A DNA stretch of 64,000 bases from Eledone cirrhosa. Lineage: Eukaryota. Numbering within the stretch: the stretch's first letter is position 1; every line of letters begins with the position of its first letter. The stretch lies in contig OZ024757.1 in assembly GCA_964016885.1 (NCBI GenBank), positions 6,138,001-6,202,000 on the forward strand, read 5' to 3'. The notes under the pieces were generated by a model that was given only the letters and a program-made list of their open reading frames with translations, was not told where the DNA came from and searched no databases. Positions 56,401 through 64,000 of the stretch are shown here, piece by piece. Made by a program: the position numbers and the translations under genes.

Positions 56401-57432
56401 TCATATTTCACATGAATAAGGTCTTTCACCAGTATGTATTCTTTTGTGAGGTTCAACTTGAGAACTACGAGAAAAAGTTTTCCCACATATTTCACAATGG
56501 AAGGGTTTTTCTCCAGTGTGTGTTCTTTTGTGATGTACAAGAGGAGAACTCTGAGAAAAAGATTTACCACATATTTCACAATGGAAGGGTTTTTCACCAG
56601 TGTGTGTTCTTTTGTGACGTACAAGATCAGAATTACTAGAAAAAGATTTCCCACATATTTCACAATGGAAGGGTTTTTCACCAGTGTGTGTTCTTTTGTG
56701 ATGTTCAAGAGTAGAACTCTGAGAAAAAGATTTCCCACATATTTCACAGTGGAAGGGTTTTTCACCAGTATGTGTTCTTTTGTGTTGTACAAGATGAGAA
56801 CTACGATAAAAGGATTTCCCACATATTTCACAATGGAAGGGTTTTTCACCATGGTGTATTCTTTTGTGTTGTACAAGAATAAAATTACAAGAAAAAGATT
56901 TACCACATATTTCACATGAATAAGGTTTTTCACCTGTGTGTGTTCTTTTGTGAGGTTCAAGAGTAGAACTCTGGGAAAATGATTTCCCACATATTTCACA
57001 ATGGAAGGGTTTTTCACCAGTGTGTATTCTTTTGTGTTGTACAAGATGAGAACTACGATAAAAGGATTTCCCACATATTTCACAGTGGAAGGGTTTTTCA
57101 CCAGTGTGTGTACTTTTGTGAGGTTCAAGTTCAGAACTCTGAGAAAAAGATTTCCCACATATTTCACATGAATAAGGTTTTTCTCCTGTGTGTATTCTTT
57201 TGTGCTTTACAAGATTGTACTTCTGGGCGTAAGATTTCCCACATATTTCACAGTGGAAGGGTTTTTCACCAGTGTGACTCCGTATGTGGACGACAAGAGC
57301 AGAATTATTAGTAAAAGATTTCCCACATATTTCACAGGGGAAGGGTTTTTCTCTGTGTATTTTCTCATGTGAGGATAGTTTCAGTTTTGAAGAGAAAGTT
57401 TTCCTGCAAATCTCACAGCTATATTCAGACAT
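56401..57432 (-). CDS. Tandem C2H2 zinc-finger protein, 12 intact fingers (343 aa)
   Basis: Twelve C-x2-C-x12-H-x3-H units with TGEKP-type linkers; stops at TGA in the second Cys of a 13th unit. Confidence 0.9.
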   Translation of the reverse strand: MSEYSCEICRKTFSSKLKLSSHEKIHREKPFPCEICGKSFTNNSALVVHIRSHTGEKPFHCEICGKSYAQKYNLVKHKRIHTGEKPYSCEICGKSFSQSSELEPHKSTHTGEKPFHCEICGKSFYRSSHLVQHKRIHTGEKPFHCEICGKSFSQSSTLEPHKRTHTGEKPYSCEICGKSFSCNFILVQHKRIHHGEKPFHCEICGKSFYRSSHLVQHKRTHTGEKPFHCEICGKSFSQSSTLEHHKRTHTGEKPFHCEICGKSFSSNSDLVRHKRTHTGEKPFHCEICGKSFSQSSPLVHHKRTHTGEKPFHCEICGKTFSRSSQVEPHKRIHTGERPYSCEI

Positions 57433-58335
57433 ATTTCATAAAGGAATCTCACCACTTCCACTCAAATATTAAGAAATGTAGCATTCAGTTGGTAAAGTAA
57501 TAAGATGAAAGTGTAAGACTGATCTTGGAAGAAGAAAAAGCAAGTGCTTATATATATATATATATATATATATGTCTGTGTGTGTGTGTGTGTGTGTGTA
57601 TCTTTTATTTTTGTTAAGGTGAGAAGCACAATAAAATCCTCAGCTCATAAAACAGACGAATAAGACTTCTATAGTTAAGGTTCTTGTTATTGAGGACAGT
57701 TCAGGTGACAAGAGAATTAATATCCATAATTTCAAAAGAAGAAGGTTAATATATATACAGACATATATATATATATAAACAGACATACAATGTGTAGGTA
57801 TGAGAGAGAAATAAATATACGTGTGTGTGTGTAGAAATATGTGTGCGTGTGTTTAGAGATATGTGTGTGTGTAGAAATATGTGTGTAGGTGTTGTAATAA
57901 ATCAAGATATTTCACTTCAGATAGAAAAGTTCACAATGTTTGTGTTGTGGTGGAAAACGAAATAATACGTACTTTAGTTGTCAAGACCAAATATAAAGTC
58001 AAGAAAAGTTAGTAAAAACTAAATGTTCACTGATTTCTGATTAAAATAATATTTTCCTGTCCTGTAAAATGTTGAACAACCACTTCAATATTTAATAATA
58101 CAGGTGATAAAACAACAACTATAAGGTAAATAAGTCACCTTATGTTATTTACAAACATTAACGTCCACCTTAATATGAAATAATCACCATAAAAGATAAA
58201 ATTAGATGAGGTTTAAGTTGTAACAATGGAGCTGATATAAATGGTAATATTTCACCGTCTAGTTCATACCGGTGTCATGAGTTAAAAGTCCCCCACATAA
58301 TTTAATACATCCAGAAACAACTTCAGTTATATGAA

Positions 58336-58478
58336 CTAGCAGAAAACCACCCGAAGGTAGCATGTGTAGTGTGTATATTGATATTATACGCAGGTATATA
58401 TGATGCATGTATATATATACCTGCGTATAATATCAATATACACACTACACATGCTACCTTCGGGTGGTTTTCTTCTAG
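58336..58478. repeat. 66-bp-arm inverted repeat (11-nt spacer) with Helitron-like hairpin + CTAG at both outer ends
   Basis: Arms 58336-58401 and 58413-58478, one mismatch; each ends CTACC-TTCG-GGTGG, 7 nt, CTAG. Confidence 0.8.
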
Positions 58479-59128
58479 CATGTGTAGTGTGTATATTGAT
58501 ATTATACGCAAGTATATATATATACATGTAGATATGATACATCAAATAAAATCATAATTTACAACATATAATTGTTACTACGTTAGGCACAAGTCCAGCA
58601 AATAACCAGTGTATTACTGGTACTTTATTTTATCGACCCCGTCAGGATGAAAGGCAAAGTTAACATCGGCGGGATTTTAACTCAGAATGGCAAGGGCCGT
58701 AACTCTATGCGTCAAAGCATGGCGTCCGACCCTCTACCAGTACTGCCAATCCACCGCCCTGACAATATATAATACACAGAAATTGAACGAAGACTGTGTT
58801 ACACTGTCTTATGTAATCAGTAACGTAATCCATGATACATTAAAAAAGACGATATTATATATAAACTGCATTAGGAGAAATTTAGTGACAGAAAATTAAT
58901 AGTTTATTGAAGTGATGGCCAACTGGAAGTGTTGACATTTCAGAAATTTTAAAGAAGTGAATATTTAAATAAACAAAATATATTTAATCAACAGCCACGA
59001 AATTTAGTAGTTAAATTATGTAATATTCATTCATTATTTATTCAAAGTAATCCAACTTATTTTACTAATGGGATAACAAATTATAAACCGTACAAGTCCC
59101 GCACTCGTCCTTTTATTATAGTTTAGAT
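58468..59128. repeat. Direct repeat copy 2, interrupted by a SINE
   Basis: Homologous to 55452-55893. Confidence 0.85.
58572..58760 (-). mobile_element. tRNA-derived SINE (family A) with probable target-site duplication
   Basis: Flanked by ACAACATATAAT / ACAATATATAAT; empty site at ~55541. Confidence 0.85.
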
Positions 59129-59284
59129 ACAAACGTTCAAAAGATATGCTAGTACTTTATTCAAATTTGAATAAATAACGTTATTAATTTTATATAACTG
59201 TACATATTAAACCAAAACACATTATTAAAGGTAATAAAATATTTAAGTAATGGGAAAAAAAACGAATCAAACAACGAAAATATT

Positions 59285-59466
59285 TCTTTCTACTTTGGCC
59301 ACAAGGCCAGGAATTATCTCAGTGTATTACTGGTACTTTATTTTATCGATCTCGTAAGGATGAAAGGCAAAGTTAACCGTAGCGGAATTTGAACTCAGGT
59401 CATAAAGGGAGGTAACTCTATGCGTCAAAGCTTGGCGTCCGACGCTCTACCGATACTGCCAATCCA
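59285..59466 (-). mobile_element. tRNA-derived SINE (family A)
   Basis: Reverse-complement match to the other copies. Confidence 0.8.
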
Positions 59467-60242
59467 ACGAAAATAACGGGAAAGGGACAGACTTTATATT
59501 TCAGTCGAGCTGTGATTCAGCCCCACCCTACAGACAAAATGACAAAGGTGTTACCACAGAGAATAGCCAGAGACACCTACTACAACATACACCCCACCTC
59601 ATGGGACTACTTCCTCAAGTGGGCTGCTGTCTTTCTAATTTTGAGAAGGAAATCAGCAGTGTGGGGACAAAGAGGAGGTGGTTTGTCAGGCCCCGGTATT
59701 TAACTATCTCCCTCTTCTCTCTATTGCAGGTAGTAAAGCCAGGGTTCGTGGCTGCAGGGAAAATGTTGGAGGCAGGGAATGATCCAACCCATGCTAAACC
59801 TCCAACTAAAGCTGATACTTGTCTTTTTCAGCTGTGGAGATTAGAGACATGTGGAATGATGTGTCTTGCTTAAGGACACAATGTACCTCCCTAACTGACA
59901 ATTGAAAACATGATATTACCATATGATGTATGACTTCACTATACAATATATATGTGTTTGTATACATATATATAATATATATTTGTGTGTATACATTGTC
60001 TCATTCCATGAGAGTAACTTACTCAGCCTATGAACTCCTCATCTGACTCTTCTATATGTATATACATGTTTGTCAGTGTGTGTGTACATATGTATATAGA
60101 ATATTGTCACAACTACTATATACACCACATATACTCTATATATAATATTGTCCAATATATATAGACTATATGTCATGTTGTCCAAGGGAAAGGCTGATAT
60201 AGATCAGCACCAGTGACATTACAACTATTATATACACTATAT

Positions 60243-63200
60243 ATCATCATCATCGTAATCATTTAACGTCAATCTTCAACGCTAGCATGGGTTAGACGGG
60301 AATTGTCCTACTTCAGGCAAGATTGATCGGGTGACCGTGTCTCGCTCGTATAGAACTGTATCAGGCAGGTTTTCTACAGTTGGATGCCCTTCCTAACACC
60401 AACCACATTTCCAGTGTGGACTGGGAGTCTTTTCGTGATGACACGTACACTACCTCTTTAGTTTGGACTGGATGTTGTGGCACCAACATAACTTTACAGA
60501 GACAGGGTGGTGTTGGTGGGAGTGGGAGCATGGAGTAGGGTGTGTGGGTTGGGTGTATATTTGGTTAGGAGGGGCCTACTGACTGTAGGTTAACTTTGCA
60601 CATAGGGAAGGCAGGTCTTCTCTGTTACTGTGTGGTGTCATAGATCTCGATCCAGTGACATTGTCTAAGAGAGGTGTAAGTGTGCAAGGTTGGATTTTAT
60701 GTCGTCCTAGGTTTTTCTGGGTCTACCTACTCCATAACTTCCATCAATTTTGATCACCCTGCACTTTTTTATAAAGCTGTTGTCTTTCATGCGCATCACA
60801 TGACCATACCAACGTAATCTTCTCTCAAGTAAACAGCATATGATCCCTCTTACTCCTAATTTCTCAGTTCGTTTATGTTTTGCCATTCGCGTATTTCGCA
60901 TCGAAAGATCATGTATGCTTCATTCCTTTCCAATCTGCGCAGGTCCTCTGCACACAATGCCATGTCTTACTGCCATGTAGCATTGCTGTTCGTATGCACG
61001 CATCATACAATCTGCCTTTCATTTTTAGAGAGAAACCTTTTGTGTCTAGCAGCAGTATTAGCTCTCTGAGCTTTTCCCCTCCCGTTCTAACTCTGGCTAC
61101 TACACTTTCAGAGAACCCTCCACCACTACTGATTTTGTCACCCAGGCAATGGAAAGTGTCCACTATTTCTAGAGAACCATCTGGGCAGTAGAAGGAGCTA
61201 GTATCCTGTGGGTACTTGCTGCTTATTTCATATGAGCATCGGCCACATATAAAATCTACATTCTTAGATTGTTTACCTGTGATCTCACTACATCTTTTAT
61301 GTACCCATAGTTTGCATTTGGGACATAGAATGGAATTTCTTCCTACTCCTTTCCTACACACTGAGCATAGCACCAGTGCCCTATTTTCTTTTCTACATAC
61401 TGGACCTTTAGTCTTAGACAACTTAATTTTAAGGCCTTTTGATTCAAGGCCATGCCTCCATTTTTGGAATTTCTTCTCTAGTTCAGCGATAGATTCGGCT
61501 AGGAGAGTTAGCTCATCTGCATATAGAAGTTCCCATGGGCAGCTTGTCTTAAACCCCTCTGTTATAGCCTGAAGGGCAATAATAAACATGAGGGGTCTAA
61601 GGACGAGGCCTTGAAGAACACCTATTTTTATGCTAAATTCTTACTGACTGTTTCTTTGTACATGGTTTGTATAGCTCTCACAAGCCATTCATCTACTCCT
61701 ACAATTCTATGGGCCCACCAGATAATGGAGCGGGGTCTCTGTCAAAGGCTTTCTCCAAGTCAACAAAAGCTAAGTATAAGGGGTTTACTTTTAGCTAGCT
61801 ACTTCTCCTGTAGTTGCTGTACAAGGAAAATAGCATCTGTGGTACTTTTACCTGGCACGAACCCACACTACATTTCATCTAGATCAATTTGGTCTCTGAT
61901 TAGTTGTGTAATAACTGTTTCTCTGACCTTCATGACCTGGTCAACTACCTTAATGCCTCTATAGTTTCCCCTATCTAGGGTATCTACTTTACCCATGTAG
62001 CAGTTAACGATGATGCTGCTATGCCAGTCATCTGGTATGACCCCATTCTGTATTACTTGGTTTACTATCTGGGTGTCCATACTATGTCCCAACATTCCAG
62101 ATGCTTTCAACATCTCAACAGCTATCTCCAAAGGCCCAGCTGCCTTGCCCATCTTCATATCTTTGATTGCCTTATATACTATACTACCATTAACTTGCAA
62201 CGCTGGTCCTTCTATTGGATCGATTTGGGGCAGACTATCTTTTTCCCATTTATTCTCCTCATTTAGTAGTCTCTCGTAGTGACACTTCCAAGCTACCTTC
62301 TTATCAGTATCAGTGAGGGCAAGTACACCATTATCATTAAGGACACACTTCTCCCTGACAATATCACGGTTTTCCTTGATGCTTTATGTTGCGATCCTGA
62401 ACACCTCACACTGTAGAACATGCTTGAACTTTCTATTCTCTACTTCCCTTCTTGCAAAGTACAATTGTCTCCTAGCCACCTAATAGTGTTCTCTACTTTC
62501 CCCATCCCACAATACTTTCCAAGCCTGATTGTCTCCTCCACCTCCAAGTTACTCTCCTCCTGCCTATAGGTCTGCTCCAGCAACAGATTTCATCTGTCGC
62601 CTTCAGCAGGTTAACTTTCAAGAATCCCCACTGTTCCTCTATATTGTATGTCTCTAATTGCACCTCTTTACTGTCAGAAGTATTAACTAATATGCTTTTA
62701 AATTTATTACTGGCTGTGAGGTTCTTCAACTTCCATCTTCTCCATAAGGTAGTCCTCCTCTGTCGTCGAGTATGTCTAGTCCTGACTACGAGGTCACTAA
62801 CTACTAGGCTATGTTGGGAGGTGAATTCTTCACGGGGGAGTGATTTAGTGTTTACAACAGACACTCTGTCACGTCTTCTAATAAGGATATAATCTATCTG
62901 GCTGGCGTGTTCCCCTGATCTATAGGTGACCAAGTAATTGTCTCGTTTTTTGAAGTTTGGGTTAGTTAGGTTATTAGTGTCACAGAATTCCAGGATCCTG
63001 AAGCCTTCCTCATTTCTATTTCCAACCCCATAGCCTCCATGGATTCCATCATAGCCATCACTATGTTGTCCAATGTGACCATTTAGGTCACCAGCAATAA
63101 TTAAGTAGTCACTGTCTGTTATTTGGGAGGTAGTATGCATTAGCATCTCATAGGACCTGTCCTTTATAACATCAGGTTGACCAGATTGGGGTGCATAAGT

Positions 63201-63248
63201 GGATATTATTGTCACAGTAGTTCTATTTAGAACTAGTCTTAATTCAAT
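60243..63248 (-). mobile_element. 5'-truncated RTE LINE (APE + RT), frameshifted; paralog of 12389-15522
   Basis: Same truncation point (I[K/E]LRLVLNRTTVTII), YADEL, PHD insert, (CAT)n at 60243. Confidence 0.92.
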
Positions 63249-63263
63249 TATATATATGTAGAT

Positions 63264-63295
<32 letters not shown>

Positions 63296-63461
63296 GTAGA
63301 TACACACACACACATATATATATATATGTAGATACACACACACACATATATATATATATGTAGATACACACACACACATATATATATATATGTAGATACA
63401 CACACACACATATATATATATATGTAGATACACACACACACACATATATATATATGTAGAT

Positions 63462-63492
<31 letters not shown>

Positions 63493-64000
63493 AATGTAGA
63501 TACACACACACATATATATATGTAGATACACACAGACACACATATATATATATGTAGATACACACACACATATATATATATGTAGATACACACACACACA
63601 CATATATATAAATGTAGATACACACACACATATATATAGCTACACACACACATATATATACACACACACAGATATATTTATATATACATGCACACACATC
63701 TATATATACATACACACATATCTATCTATATATATTTATATATATATATATATATATATATACATACGCACACACATATATATATACATACACACAGAAC
63801 GTGCAAGGAAATCCTGTTTCGTGTGTGAGAAACTATAGTAACTATCGTACCTACATTATAAACACTGGACATAGACTTCATTTCTAGCCTATATACATCT
63901 CTTAATTATATATACATGTGTAGATCTTTTTATATACACACATACGTAGAATAGGAAAACAGAAAGAAAATATATTTTATTGATCTCCTTAACAAGTGTG

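Noticed and set aside
56310-56403. TGA at the second Cys in two successive terminal finger remnants (selenocysteine or readthrough idea)
   Set aside because: The downstream sequence is frameshifted and lacks proper His ligands; ordinary 3' decay of the array is more likely and no SECIS was recognised.

Overview
AT-rich, repeat-dominated animal genomic DNA. The C2H2 finger style ([12 protein letters not shown] / KPFHCEICGKSF), abundant RTE LINEs with (GAT)n tails, tRNA-derived SINEs and very long (TA)n/(CA)n tracts suggest a coleoid cephalopod, probably octopus (inference, no search run). Host content: three single-exon tandem C2H2 zinc-finger ORFs (35171-36064 +; 39847-40701 + with two in-frame TAG; 56401-57432 -), several ZNF relics, and three phase-compatible minus-strand exons (8815-8957, 7257-7328, 4642-4844) encoding a RING-HC finger followed by a C-terminal death domain, which the ORF track largely misses. 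Mobile content: many decayed or rearranged RTE LINEs whose RT carries an internal PHD-type C4HC3 finger, a CRE-like LINE fragment, a CR1 end, SINEs, MITEs and Helitron-like ends. The most unusual part is 16.5-30 kb. It holds a young 5'-truncated Penelope-like (Naiad-type) RT/GIY-YIG element bracketed by a 2.3 kb near-perfect inverted repeat, and a (TA)n desert whose unique islands contain up to five different type I hammerhead ribozyme motifs. One is a 316-bp tandem-plus-foldback unit with a variant U3-A8 core that resembles a retrozyme or pLTR-only element. Most long ORFs in the supplied track are microsatellite artefacts. All alignments and folds were done by eye.
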